Shown piece by piece: positions 27,985-37,312 of a stretch of DNA of 64,000 bases. The position numbers and the translations under genes were made by a program. Source of the stretch: an uncultured Gammaproteobacteria bacterium (GTDB lineage Bacteria > Patescibacteriota > Patescibacteriia > SBBC01 > CAIJZX01); the NCBI GenBank assembly GCA_964397195.1, contig CAYNGY010000001.1:70586-134585 (forward strand), in the 5' to 3' direction. The notes under the pieces were generated by a model. That model made no database searches. It saw only the letters and a list, made by a program, of their open reading frames with translations, and was not told the origin of the DNA. Each line of letters opens with the position of its first letter. Position 1 is the stretch's first letter.

Positions 27985-29442
27985 ATGTATACGCCCTGGA
28001 AACAACTTTCGGCCATGTCGCGCGAGGAAATCCGCGACCTGCAAAATAAGAAGCTCCGTGCCTTTATTCGCCATCAGCTTCCATACTCGCCGTACTACCG
28101 CGAGCTCTTTGAGAAACACGGGTTGCATTGGAGCGATATCAACACCGTCGACGATTTAGAAAAAATCCCGCTCTCCTCAAAAGTCGATGTTGCCCCAACA
28201 CCCGAAAACCCGGCCAACCCGCGTCGGTTTATTCTGCAGCCCGATGAGCACCTGATCAAGAAGTTCGCGGCCAAATCGGATCTCGCGAAAATCGTCTGGG
28301 GTAAGATGACGAAAAAAGACGTGCAGGCCAAATTGGCTTGGGAGTATAAGCCGCTCCACCTGCACTTCACCACGGGTCGAACCGCGTTGCCGACGCCGTT
28401 TGGGTATTCGGCCTATGATTTAGACTTACTTCGCGAAACCGGGCGTCGCTGTTTTAATGTTGCCGGATTCAGCTCAAGCAATGTCGGACTAAATGGTTTT
28501 CCGTATTCACCACACCTCGGGTTCTGGTTGGCCTACTACGGTTTGCTAGAAGCGGGGATTACGGCCCTCGCGTCCGGTGGCGGGAAAATCATGGGCAGTC
28601 AGAAAATCATGGACTCCCTCGAACGGCTGAAAGTGAACGTCTTAGTGATCATTCCCGGTTATTGTTACCACTTGCTCCGGGAGGCGGTCAAACAGAAGCG
28701 CGACTTCTCGAATCTGAAGTACATTGTCTTCGGCGCCGAGCGCGTCAGTCCGGCCTTCCGAACGAAAGTCAAAGAACTCTTGGCGCAGGTTAACGCCCAT
28801 GAGGTTCAAATCCTGGCTACGTATGCCTCAACCGAGGCGAAGACCGCCTGGATTCAATGTGCCGAACACACGGGGTACCATCTCTACCCGGATCTCGAGT
28901 ATGTTGAGTTGGTTGATGAAAATGGAAAACGCGTTCCTGAAGGGCAACCGGGAGAAATCGTCTACACCGCGCTTGACTGGCGCGGGACGGTCGTCGTCCG
29001 ATATCGCACCGGTGACCTAGCCCAAGGAATTGAATACGGGCCGTGTCCAACCTGCGGTCGGACTGTTCCCCGCATTCTTCCGGATATTCAACGCAAGAGC
29101 GAGGTCAAAGAATTTCATCTGACGAAGATCAAGGGTGAACTAGTCAATCTGAATAACGTCTTTCCGATCATGTCATCGATCCACGGGCTGGATGAGTGGC
29201 AACTTGAAATTCGGAAGCGGAATAACGACCCATTCGATCTCGATGAGATTGTGACTCACGTATCGGCCCAACCCGGCGCGTCATTTGATACGGTCAAGAA
29301 AGATGTCCAAAATAAAATGCACGCCGAGATGCAAGTCGGGGTGATTGTCGAAGAAAAGACCACGGACGAACTGATCAAACAGCTCGGCATGGAAACAGAG
29401 CTCAAGGAAAAGCGCATCATCGACAATAGGCCGAAGAATTAA
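27985..29442 (+). CDS. Phenylacetate-CoA-ligase-like adenylate-forming enzyme (ANL superfamily)
   Basis: SPYYRELF, L.KIPL..K, FTTGRTALP P-loop variant, YASTE, GEIVYT and RYRTGDL motifs. Confidence 0.85.
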   Translation: MYTPWKQLSAMSREEIRDLQNKKLRAFIRHQLPYSPYYRELFEKHGLHWSDINTVDDLEKIPLSSKVDVAPTPENPANPRRFILQPDEHLIKKFAAKSDLAKIVWGKMTKKDVQAKLAWEYKPLHLHFTTGRTALPTPFGYSAYDLDLLRETGRRCFNVAGFSSSNVGLNGFPYSPHLGFWLAYYGLLEAGITALASGGGKIMGSQKIMDSLERLKVNVLVIIPGYCYHLLREAVKQKRDFSNLKYIVFGAERVSPAFRTKVKELLAQVNAHEVQILATYASTEAKTAWIQCAEHTGYHLYPDLEYVELVDENGKRVPEGQPGEIVYTALDWRGTVVVRYRTGDLAQGIEYGPCPTCGRTVPRILPDIQRKSEVKEFHLTKIKGELVNLNNVFPIMSSIHGLDEWQLEIRKRNNDPFDLDEIVTHVSAQPGASFDTVKKDVQNKMHAEMQVGVIVEEKTTDELIKQLGMETELKEKRIIDNRPKN

Positions 29443-29906
29443 TGTCCGAAAAGTACGATCACCAAGTTGAAGTTGTTGTTGGGGTAGTTGTTATCCGCGA
29501 CAGTAAGGTGTTGCTCATCCAATCACCAAAATGGGGCGACCGATGGATTTTTCCCGGTGGCCACGTGGAGTTCGGAGAAGGGATATTCAAAGCCGCTGAG
29601 CGCGAGGGCCAAGAAGAAACGGGATTGAAGATGACCGCGAAATTCGTGATCAATATCGGAGAGAACATTTTTTCTCCGGATTTTCACCGCCCGGCGCATA
29701 TGAATTACTATCATGTCGTCTGTGAAACAGCATCGACCGAAACGACGCTTAATTCGACTGAGGTTAAGAAAGCCGAGTGGTTTAGTTTTGATTCCGCGTT
29801 AACGCTCGATCTTTTTCCGTCAAACCGAGAGTCGATTCTTCGTTTACAGGCGGGAAAAAAGATACCCTTTGATGCGAAAGTTTGGGCGCCCAACCCTTCA
29901 GTGTAA
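29442..29906 (+). CDS. NUDIX hydrolase
   Basis: PGGHVEFGEGIFKAAEREGQEETGL Nudix box. Confidence 0.92.
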   Translation: MSEKYDHQVEVVVGVVVIRDSKVLLIQSPKWGDRWIFPGGHVEFGEGIFKAAEREGQEETGLKMTAKFVINIGENIFSPDFHRPAHMNYYHVVCETASTETTLNSTEVKKAEWFSFDSALTLDLFPSNRESILRLQAGKKIPFDAKVWAPNPSV

Positions 29907-30060
29907 CAAACGAAACGGCCCCGGGTTCCCGAACTGCGGTTCGGAACGTGCGTAGTCCTGTGTCCCTGAAAAGGGAATATTTTGGCTAACATACAAAAGA
30001 ATGTTTTTACGAGGTTCATTTTTTCTTGACGTTATACCGCGGGAGGAATAGGCTCACCGT

Positions 30061-30301
30061 AGATCGTCCGGATAGGCGGCATGACTCGGTCGAAGGCCGG
30101 GAAGGACTAGGACCTCTCGAGATCGTGCCCGATGCGCGTCATCGGAACGCCAATGCCCGAACACAGCGACGGCACTCTCGTGCAATCCCAGGGTAGTACC
30201 ACCTGTACCGCACGAGCTCGGCACCACGCTGGCTCACGACTTCGTGTCTGAGACGAGGCTTCCGTCCGATTCGCCCGCTGCTGTTTGAGCGGGCCTTTTT
30301 T
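30061..30301 (+). ncRNA. Candidate structured non-coding RNA of about 240 nt
   Basis: Own promoter (TTGACG-N17-TAGGCT, 30026-30054) and terminator (30273-30301). No convincing ORF; several predicted stems. Confidence 0.5.
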
Positions 30302-30510
30302 GTTTCCCGGTGGCTTGACAGGGCGCCAGGATCGGAGTTAGATGCGCCTGCACATTCCCAAGCTTGATTTCCAGGGCAACCTGCTGGTTACACGCATGCT
30401 GTAGCCGGCAGACTGCTCTGGCAGTCGTATTGTCGAAATACGATGATATGTCGATGGGTCCATACCAGCGGCCGCGATGGTCGTTCTGGTCTCACCTGGA
30501 GACCCGGTCA

Positions 30511-31173
30511 ATGTCTGGTCCTCTCTATCCACCGAGTCCGTTTTGGACGCCTGAACGCTGGCGACGCGATCAGGAAAGCATCGATGTCCTCTCCTCGGGA
30601 GCGCAGAACATTCAAGCGCTCATCCGCGGTTGGCGTCAGATGGAAACGGTGTTGCGGAAAATGGTCAAGCAGGGTGTGGCGCGTCAGCATCACGCCGAAT
30701 TCCTCGCTGACCTCCGCGTTGCTCAAGAACAGATTCGCGAGCTAGTGAAACTGAAGGCCACTGCCGATTCGACGATCCCGGTCTACGCGCCGTATCGGCT
30801 CCCTGACCATTTCAAGGTCGGGGATGCAGTGATGTATCACCCGCTCATCAGCACCGCCGTCAGCTCTGGTCTGATTGGCTACGGACGGCGGAGTGGATGG
30901 GTCCGACGCCAGGTTGTCAGATACGTCCATGAGTCGCTGGTGATCGATTCCTGGATGATGCTCGGAGTCGGCGAATCAAAATCCCACCTCGTCGCGGCGC
31001 ATGTGCTGACTCCGCACTGTCTCAGTCTGTCGGACTTCGACTATCTCCTCGGGCATCCATCGTACGCCGAAGAATGGATCGAAGCGAATCCCGCAGTCGC
31101 GCCGCTCGTGCGCCGCACATTCCTCGAATCGCTCCGGATCGAACGGATGAAACGCCGGATCCGAATTCGCTAG
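30511..31173 (+). CDS. Hypothetical protein
   Basis: GGAG before ATG 30511 (alternative start 30448), promoter TTGACA at 30315, hairpin terminator at about 31190-31253. Confidence 0.65.
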   Translation: MSGPLYPPSPFWTPERWRRDQESIDVLSSGAQNIQALIRGWRQMETVLRKMVKQGVARQHHAEFLADLRVAQEQIRELVKLKATADSTIPVYAPYRLPDHFKVGDAVMYHPLISTAVSSGLIGYGRRSGWVRRQVVRYVHESLVIDSWMMLGVGESKSHLVAAHVLTPHCLSLSDFDYLLGHPSYAEEWIEANPAVAPLVRRTFLESLRIERMKRRIRIR

Positions 31174-31344
31174 TCGGCAACGCTCTTCGGCCGCGCTCTC
31201 GTCTTTCTCCGTCCGCTTCGCGGACGAGTGGGGCGGTGAGCGCGGCTATTTTCATCTGCTCGCCCGCTTGACGCCTGGTCTCGGCGTGGCGTAGGCTAAG
31301 CCGGTCGCTGTTTTACATCTCAAACTGTCAGGGGGTGATGGACG

Positions 31345-31998
31345 ATGTGGCCTTGGCCACTGTTGTACCGCTTCTGTTTACCGATTCCCGGTCCGGTCTC
31401 ATACGGATCGTGGCATCAGGCGCGTGAACTGCTCGTTTTCGCCTGGGGTCGTGAGACGATCTGTGACGATGAACTACCTCAGGTTTCTCTGAGGCGGAGT
31501 CCGCGCTACGACGATGCGAACACCATTCGCGTCCTCCGGGAGGACGGTTTCGATCCAGGTGATCCAAATCGTCAACTGGCCGATGTGCTGTCCTGGGCGC
31601 TCGAACACAACACGGAACTCCTCGCCTATGTGCAGTGGGAAGTAGCGGTGGCGATGGAGAACCAGAAGTACCGCCAGTACGCGAACCGCATCCGCATCAT
31701 TTGGCCGTTCGTCGGGTGGGACGAGTTCAATACGCTCCACGTCATCGATGGGGCGATGCAACTCGGCTTCATGTCGAAGCGTTGCCCGCCTGCGATTCTC
31801 GCTCACCAGTTCATGGTGGTGCGCGCAGCGTTAATGCTCAGGAAGTACCTGGGTGGTATGCACGTCATCGTTTTCCCGTCACGCGTGACAATGTGCTCGA
31901 AGACGAGCGTACACTACCAGACCCGCAACCAAGCGCTCTGGTACGCGCGCGAGCTTCCCGGTCGGTGGTTCATCTGCATTCCCAAGCACTACGTCTAG
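31345..31998 (+). CDS. Hypothetical protein
   Basis: Promoter TTGACG-N18-TAGGCT (31268-31297); first gene of a three-gene unit. Confidence 0.65.
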   Translation: MWPWPLLYRFCLPIPGPVSYGSWHQARELLVFAWGRETICDDELPQVSLRRSPRYDDANTIRVLREDGFDPGDPNRQLADVLSWALEHNTELLAYVQWEVAVAMENQKYRQYANRIRIIWPFVGWDEFNTLHVIDGAMQLGFMSKRCPPAILAHQFMVVRAALMLRKYLGGMHVIVFPSRVTMCSKTSVHYQTRNQALWYARELPGRWFICIPKHYV

Positions 31999-32011
31999 GA
32001 GGAATTCGCGC

Positions 32012-32389
32012 ATGATGCGCACTCGTCTGAAGCCCCGTCCGCGGCCCACTCGGCGTACCGCTGTCCACGTCTATGTCGTCGATGTGCTGATCACGAATGG
32101 ACGCGAGCATGTCGTCCATGCGAATGTGCCAGTGTGCCGTAGCACGCTCGATGGCACTCACGACTCCGTTCGTCAGGTCGCCAGCCAGACCGTCCGGGCC
32201 TGGGAGACGAGGCGACGGATCACGGTCAACTTCAAGCCGAATCCGAAGTTGCCGACGGCGATCGAATGGTCGGGCCCGAAAGAGGTCACCCAGCGTCCGT
32301 GTCCGTTCAAGCCGCGGAACAAGCGGCGCGCCGGGCGCTGGACCTGTCGGGTCCGGGTCTGTCCAAAGCCTATCCCGCGGCGTGAATAG
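32012..32389 (+). CDS. Basic hypothetical protein (likely paralog of the next gene)
   Basis: SD AGGAGG, Arg-rich N-terminus, GRWTCRVR motif. Confidence 0.65.
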   Translation: MMRTRLKPRPRPTRRTAVHVYVVDVLITNGREHVVHANVPVCRSTLDGTHDSVRQVASQTVRAWETRRRITVNFKPNPKLPTAIEWSGPKEVTQRPCPFKPRNKRRAGRWTCRVRVCPKPIPRRE

Positions 32390-32407
32390 CGCCAGGAAGG
32401 AGACACC

Positions 32408-32770
32408 ATGAACACCAGTCGCCGGCGTCGAGCGAATAGATCGCGCCCGACGCGTCAGTCGCAGCCGCGGTGGCTACTCGATCTCGAGTTCAACCACGAG
32501 GCAGAGACCTTCCATCTCAAGGCACTGGAACTAGGCGTCGCACCATCGGGTCAGCAGCCGATCGATCCGACGCGGCCCGAGTCGTACGTCGCCAGCTGGT
32601 ACCAGCGCAGTGCGACACTGGTAGTCGAGCTCTACCTCCATGTCAACCAGGCCGACAAAGTCGACTGGTATGGCGGACTTCCCTGGGGTCAGTGGAAAGA
32701 GATGCACCTTCGCCATACGGCCATCGGCCCCTGGACCTGCAAGGCCCGCCTCCGGCGTACCCGCTCCTGA
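32408..32770 (+). CDS. Basic hypothetical protein (likely paralog of the previous gene)
   Basis: SD AAGGAG, Arg-rich N-terminus, GPWTCKAR motif. Confidence 0.65.
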   Translation: MNTSRRRRANRSRPTRQSQPRWLLDLEFNHEAETFHLKALELGVAPSGQQPIDPTRPESYVASWYQRSATLVVELYLHVNQADKVDWYGGLPWGQWKEMHLRHTAIGPWTCKARLRRTRS

Positions 32771-32893
32771 ACATCGTACCGTTCCAAGACCAGCCATGGT
32801 CGCGCTCGCGCAGTCGCGGGCGTTTTTCTTTTCCGTTGACGAAAAGGACATTTACGGGTAGCATGGAGCGGTTCATTAGGAATATTTCGTTGT

Positions 32894-34186
32894 ATGCGCA
32901 TTGATCTCGAACCACAAGACCAAGGACAAATTAAGCTCACCGTCGAGCTGACACCGGAGGACATGCAGCCGCACCTCGAGCACGCGGCCGAATCGCTCTC
33001 AAAACAGTATAAGATCGCCGGTTTCCGCCCGGGGAAGGCCAGTCTCGGCATTGTCATTCAAAAACTCGGCGCCCAAGCGGTTTGGGAAGAGGCGGCCGAA
33101 TCTGCGGTGCGCCGGACCTTCGCCGCCTCGATCAAAGAGAAAGAAATTGACGCCATTGGTCAGCCGCATATTCATATCATCAAGCTGGCTCCGGACAATC
33201 CGTTTGTCTACACCGCTCACGTCTCGGTTCTGCCGCCAGTCGCGATTGGTGATTACACGACATTCTCCGCCAAGCGAGAGGTGCCCGACGTCTCGAGCGA
33301 AAAAGTCGATACGGCGATTGAAGATATGCGGAAAATGTTCGCGACGCATAATAAAGTCGAACGTCCGGCCCAACATGGCGATCGGACAGATGTTGATTTC
33401 GAACTAACGCTCGACGGCGTGCCGATGGAAAACGGTACCGGGAAAAATCATCCGGTCGTCATCGGTTCGAAGCAGTTCATTCCAGGATTTGAAGACAACC
33501 TCGTCGGTTTGAAAACGGGTGAGAAGAAAGAATTTTCCGTCACGTTCCCCGAATCGTATCATCACGCTCCGCTCGCCGGAAAAACCGGACAATTCCGCGT
33601 GTCGGTCAACTCCGTCTATGAAGTCGTCAATCCAGAATTGGACGATGCCTTCGCAAAAAAAGCCGGCCCGTTCAACACCATGACCGAGCTGCGCGCCAAA
33701 CTAGAGAATAATTTAAAAGAAGAGGCTGCCGACGAAGCCGATCGTCGTCTTGAAAAAGCAATCATTGATGAGTTGATTACACGGAGCCGATTCGGCGACC
33801 TGCCAGCGGTGCTGATCGACAACGAGGTAGAAAAAATGATGGCCGAACTGAAGGATGAGGTTCAGCGTCAGGGCGGACCGTCGTTTGATGACTATTTGAA
33901 GGGCATCAAGAAGTCCGTTGATGACTTGAAGAAAGAATTCCGACCGCAGGCCGAACAGCGCGTCAAAGCCGCCATTCTCATTCGCGCCATCGCCAAAAAA
34001 GAAGGTATCACCGCCGATGATAAGCAGGTGGACGAAGAATTAAACTCCACCAAGAATATGTACCAAGGCAGTCCGGATATCATCAAGCGCATTGACACCG
34101 ACGACTACCGCGATTACCTCCGTACCCTCCAGGTCAACCGGAAGGTCGTGGAGATGCTGAAAGCGAAGGTCCCAACCACAGCGTAA
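32894..34186 (+). CDS. tig: Trigger factor
   Basis: GFRPGKA ribosome-binding motif and FKBP domain (FIPGFEDNLVG, VTFPESYH..LAGK). Confidence 0.96.
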   Translation: MRIDLEPQDQGQIKLTVELTPEDMQPHLEHAAESLSKQYKIAGFRPGKASLGIVIQKLGAQAVWEEAAESAVRRTFAASIKEKEIDAIGQPHIHIIKLAPDNPFVYTAHVSVLPPVAIGDYTTFSAKREVPDVSSEKVDTAIEDMRKMFATHNKVERPAQHGDRTDVDFELTLDGVPMENGTGKNHPVVIGSKQFIPGFEDNLVGLKTGEKKEFSVTFPESYHHAPLAGKTGQFRVSVNSVYEVVNPELDDAFAKKAGPFNTMTELRAKLENNLKEEAADEADRRLEKAIIDELITRSRFGDLPAVLIDNEVEKMMAELKDEVQRQGGPSFDDYLKGIKKSVDDLKKEFRPQAEQRVKAAILIRAIAKKEGITADDKQVDEELNSTKNMYQGSPDIIKRIDTDDYRDYLRTLQVNRKVVEMLKAKVPTTA

Positions 34187-34213
34187 AATCGTCGAACGTG
34201 GTACACTGGTTCT

Positions 34214-35056
34214 ATGAGAATCGGTTGCCATGTTTCGATTGCCGGCGGCGTCTATAACGCACCCCAACGCGCGGAAGAGCTCGGCTGTGAGGTCTTTCAG
34301 CTCTTTACGCGCTCCCCACAAGGCGGTCCGGCGCCGGTATTAACGCCGGTCGTCCTCAAGCAATTCGCCGAAGCAACGGCGGCCTACCACCAAGCATCCT
34401 GGGTCGTTCACACGCCGTATTTTATTAACTACGCTTCAGCCAATGATCGCATCCGTCGCGGATCAATCACAGTCGTACGCGACGAACTTGAGCGGGCCTC
34501 AAAGATCGGCGCGGCCTACCTGATGACCCACCTCGGGTCGGGCAAAGATGTGACCATGGAGCAAGCGCGGAGCATGGTGGTCGACGGACTGGCGGAAATG
34601 CTCGACGGGTATACTGGCACGACCGTTTTCTGTATCGAAATTGCGGCCGGTGCCGGGAGCATTCTCGGTAGTTCATTTGACGAGATAGGCTACTACATTC
34701 GTCAAATCGAGAAAAAAGATAAGCGCCTTAAAGACAGGATCGGTGTTTGTTTTGACACCTGCCATGCCTTTGCTTCCGGCTATGATTTGCGCACCGCCAC
34801 GGCGGTCAAGAAGACATTGGCCGATTTTGACACGCATATTGGACTCGATCGATTGAAGATCGTCCATGCCAACGACTCGAAATTCCCCCTTGGTGAAAAG
34901 AAGGATCGCCACGAACATATCGGGCAAGGATGCATCGGACTTGATGGATTTCGGGCGATGGTCAAACATCCGGCCCTGAAGAAACTGGACTGGTTCTTAG
35001 AAACTGAACCGGGCGGTGTCCGCGCGGATATCACCACCCTCAAGTCGTTACGGTAA
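34214..35056 (+). CDS. nfo: Endonuclease IV
   Basis: IGCHVSIAGG, HTPYFIN, H.GS, GVCFDTCHAFASGYD and HANDSK...DRHEHIG.G.IG motifs. Confidence 0.95.
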   Translation: MRIGCHVSIAGGVYNAPQRAEELGCEVFQLFTRSPQGGPAPVLTPVVLKQFAEATAAYHQASWVVHTPYFINYASANDRIRRGSITVVRDELERASKIGAAYLMTHLGSGKDVTMEQARSMVVDGLAEMLDGYTGTTVFCIEIAAGAGSILGSSFDEIGYYIRQIEKKDKRLKDRIGVCFDTCHAFASGYDLRTATAVKKTLADFDTHIGLDRLKIVHANDSKFPLGEKKDRHEHIGQGCIGLDGFRAMVKHPALKKLDWFLETEPGGVRADITTLKSLR

Positions 35057-35057
35057 T

Positions 35058-35693
35058 ATGCGCCAACGAATAAAGGCATGGCTTGGCGTTGGGGGCGGGT
35101 TTATCGTGGCGATATTACTGGTGTTTCTTTTCACGACCTGGCCCCGTGATGTCTTGCAAAAACCATTAACGGTGAACGAGGAGCTTCATGAAACGGACGT
35201 CATTATCGTTCTCGGCGCCGGTACGCGGCAACATGATCCGAACAATCTACCGCCCCAGGCCGAGCAGCGCATTTATGCCGGGGTCGATCTCTATAAAGTT
35301 GGTGTGGCCAACCATCTGATTATGGCCGGCGGGAAAAGCCCGGTCACGAAACTCGTTGAGGCTGATTTGATGGCTTCGCAAGCCGCACTGGACGGCGCTC
35401 TCCCGACTGATATCGTTCTCGAGCGCGCGTCGCGCGATACCTGGCAGAATGCGGAAAACTCGCGCTCCATTATGCGCGTCATGGGCTGGAAAACGGCGAC
35501 CGTTGTGACCTCGCCATATCACACCTGGCGCGCTTGTCGGATGTTTCGGAAACAGGGCGCGGACGTGACCTGCGTGGCCGCGGACTATGCGCTCGCGCCC
35601 GCTCACAACATCTACAACCGATTCATGGATAATCGGGCTGTTGTTCGTGAATATGGGGCGATTGTCTTAGCGTGGGTCCAGGGCCGTTTGTAG
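35058..35693 (+). CDS. YdcF / DUF218 (ElyC/SanA) family protein
   Basis: DVIIVLGAG, EA.LM, E..SRDT.QNA, VVTSPYH..RA and RE motifs. Confidence 0.9.
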   Translation: MRQRIKAWLGVGGGFIVAILLVFLFTTWPRDVLQKPLTVNEELHETDVIIVLGAGTRQHDPNNLPPQAEQRIYAGVDLYKVGVANHLIMAGGKSPVTKLVEADLMASQAALDGALPTDIVLERASRDTWQNAENSRSIMRVMGWKTATVVTSPYHTWRACRMFRKQGADVTCVAADYALAPAHNIYNRFMDNRAVVREYGAIVLAWVQGRL

Positions 35694-35719
35694 GTAGAGT
35701 AACGTGGTATACTTTCGTT

Positions 35720-36214
35720 ATGTTTATTGTCCTCAGTGGCCCCACGGGCTCCGGAAAAAGTACAACCGCCCTGCTCCTCAAGAAAAAGATTCGACGACCG
35801 GCGCTGGTTGAATTGGATTCACTACGAGATTTTATTGTCGATGTTCCACTTGATCGGATTATTCCGCTCATAATCGAGATGGCCATACTCGTGACCAAGC
35901 GTCTCCTGAAAGAGGGGTACAACGTTATCCTCGTTTACCCGCTCTATGACCATGAGTTTAAGAAAATACAAACAGGTCTTCGGTGGTTGCCGACGCTGAG
36001 CTTTGTGCTTGCACCGCAGAAAAAGTCAATTCAACGAGGTCGCGGGAAACGGAAATTAATCCCGTGGGAACAACGGCGGGTTGCAATGCAATATCGCATC
36101 GGTTTGCACCGCCCGCAGTTTGGGATAAAGATTGATAATACGACACTCAGACCGGCGCAAGTAGTGAAGAAAATAATACAGCACCTGCCGGCCCGTATAA
36201 TCCGGAGGGACTAA
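35720..36214 (+). CDS. P-loop nucleoside/nucleotide kinase-like protein
   Basis: LSGPTGSGKST at the N-terminus, D.LR, and IDNT near the C-terminus. Confidence 0.8.
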   Translation: MFIVLSGPTGSGKSTTALLLKKKIRRPALVELDSLRDFIVDVPLDRIIPLIIEMAILVTKRLLKEGYNVILVYPLYDHEFKKIQTGLRWLPTLSFVLAPQKKSIQRGRGKRKLIPWEQRRVAMQYRIGLHRPQFGIKIDNTTLRPAQVVKKIIQHLPARIIRRD

Positions 36215-36240
36215 TCGAAACCAATAGCTGATGTCCGCCG

Positions 36241-36999
36241 TTATCTTTTTGTCGAGGGATCTTTTTTTCGCAGCGAGATCCACATATGGTCAAACATCGT
36301 TGCCATCACTTTCGCCAGAGGCTCAGAGTGAATAACCACGAGGTACAGCGGATCGAATGAGGTCAGCGTCACGACGCCGGGCAGGATGGCAATGTCGGTC
36401 GGTGATGATTCGGACGATTCGAGAAATCGAAATTGGTGTCGCGGATGACGTGGAAAATGAGCGGCGAATCGATGGCTGGCCGGGTCATCCGTTAAAATAT
36501 GCCGCGACTCGTGACGATCTTTTTTATCATGGCCACGTCGTACCCACCGCGCGACTTCATCCGGAAAATGTTTTTGCATATAGGCGTACGACGACAGGTA
36601 CCGGGAGATGGGGGATCGTTCGATGTCGCGATAGGCGGCGGCAATCCCCGCCGCTTTTTCATGGACTTCAATAAAGGGTACATGGCCGCTTCGAGTGCGA
36701 AGTGAGTGGAGGAGCGGCAGAAAGAACTTTAGATTATCGGCGGCGGCCGCGATATTGTGATAAACCCGCGACGGGTCCGCCGCCGTAAAACGCCGAACTT
36801 TCTGGTGGGGGAGCTCGCTGACGTATCCGAGGTGCAGTAACTCGTCCAAAATGACGTAGACGATTGGTCGTTTGAATTCGATTGCGACCGCGAGCTGGGC
36901 GACGGTCGCCTCGCCGAGGCGGAGCAGCCCGAGATAGACCCGGGACTGTTTTTCCGTCAGGCCAATGGCCGTAAGCGTTTGGGAAATCGGATCATTCAT
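36241..36999 (-). CDS. TrmB-family transcriptional regulator
   Basis: L..IGLTEKQSRVYL.LL.LG, KRPIVY.IL..L...G.V and MFD.MW motifs. Confidence 0.88.
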   Translation of the reverse strand: MNDPISQTLTAIGLTEKQSRVYLGLLRLGEATVAQLAVAIEFKRPIVYVILDELLHLGYVSELPHQKVRRFTAADPSRVYHNIAAAADNLKFFLPLLHSLRTRSGHVPFIEVHEKAAGIAAAYRDIERSPISRYLSSYAYMQKHFPDEVARWVRRGHDKKDRHESRHILTDDPASHRFAAHFPRHPRHQFRFLESSESSPTDIAILPGVVTLTSFDPLYLVVIHSEPLAKVMATMFDHMWISLRKKDPSTKR

Positions 37000-37000
37000 A

Positions 37001-37019
37001 TTGTCAAAGATTTTGACAA
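37001..37019. promoter_or_regulatory. Palindromic candidate operator
   Basis: TTGTCAAA-gat-TTTGACAA immediately upstream of the TrmB-family start. Confidence 0.55.
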
Positions 37020-37131
37020 AAAAAGATTGAATTGTCAATAGGTATAAGCAATTTGTTACAAACCTGTTGCAAGTTATTGACAATAAAGTAGTTTGCCAGC
37101 ATCGAAGCGCACCTTCTACAACGAGGGTCTC

Positions 37132-37281
37132 ATGGAACTACTTATCACTTTCGCCCAGTGGGCGAGTGTAGCAGTGCTTTGCAGCGTCCTTGTATATATG
37201 ACGCTCGTGACGGCGAAATCCTGGCTGGATCTGCTTCCGTGGCGGATCCGCCGTCGGTTGTTCAGGAAGCATCACGACTGA
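37132..37281 (+). CDS. Small single-TM protein
   Basis: GAGGG before ATG; MELLITFAQWASVAVLCSVLVY with a basic tail. Confidence 0.5.
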   Translation: MELLITFAQWASVAVLCSVLVYMTLVTAKSWLDLLPWRIRRRLFRKHHD

Positions 37282-37312
37282 GAAACGTTGCATTCTAGGG
37301 GCAGGAGGAAAA

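Noticed and set aside
29907-30020. Small hairpins after the NUDIX gene as a riboswitch or SRP RNA
   Set aside because: No recognisable consensus and no downstream gene in a regulatory position; probably termination or spacer sequence.
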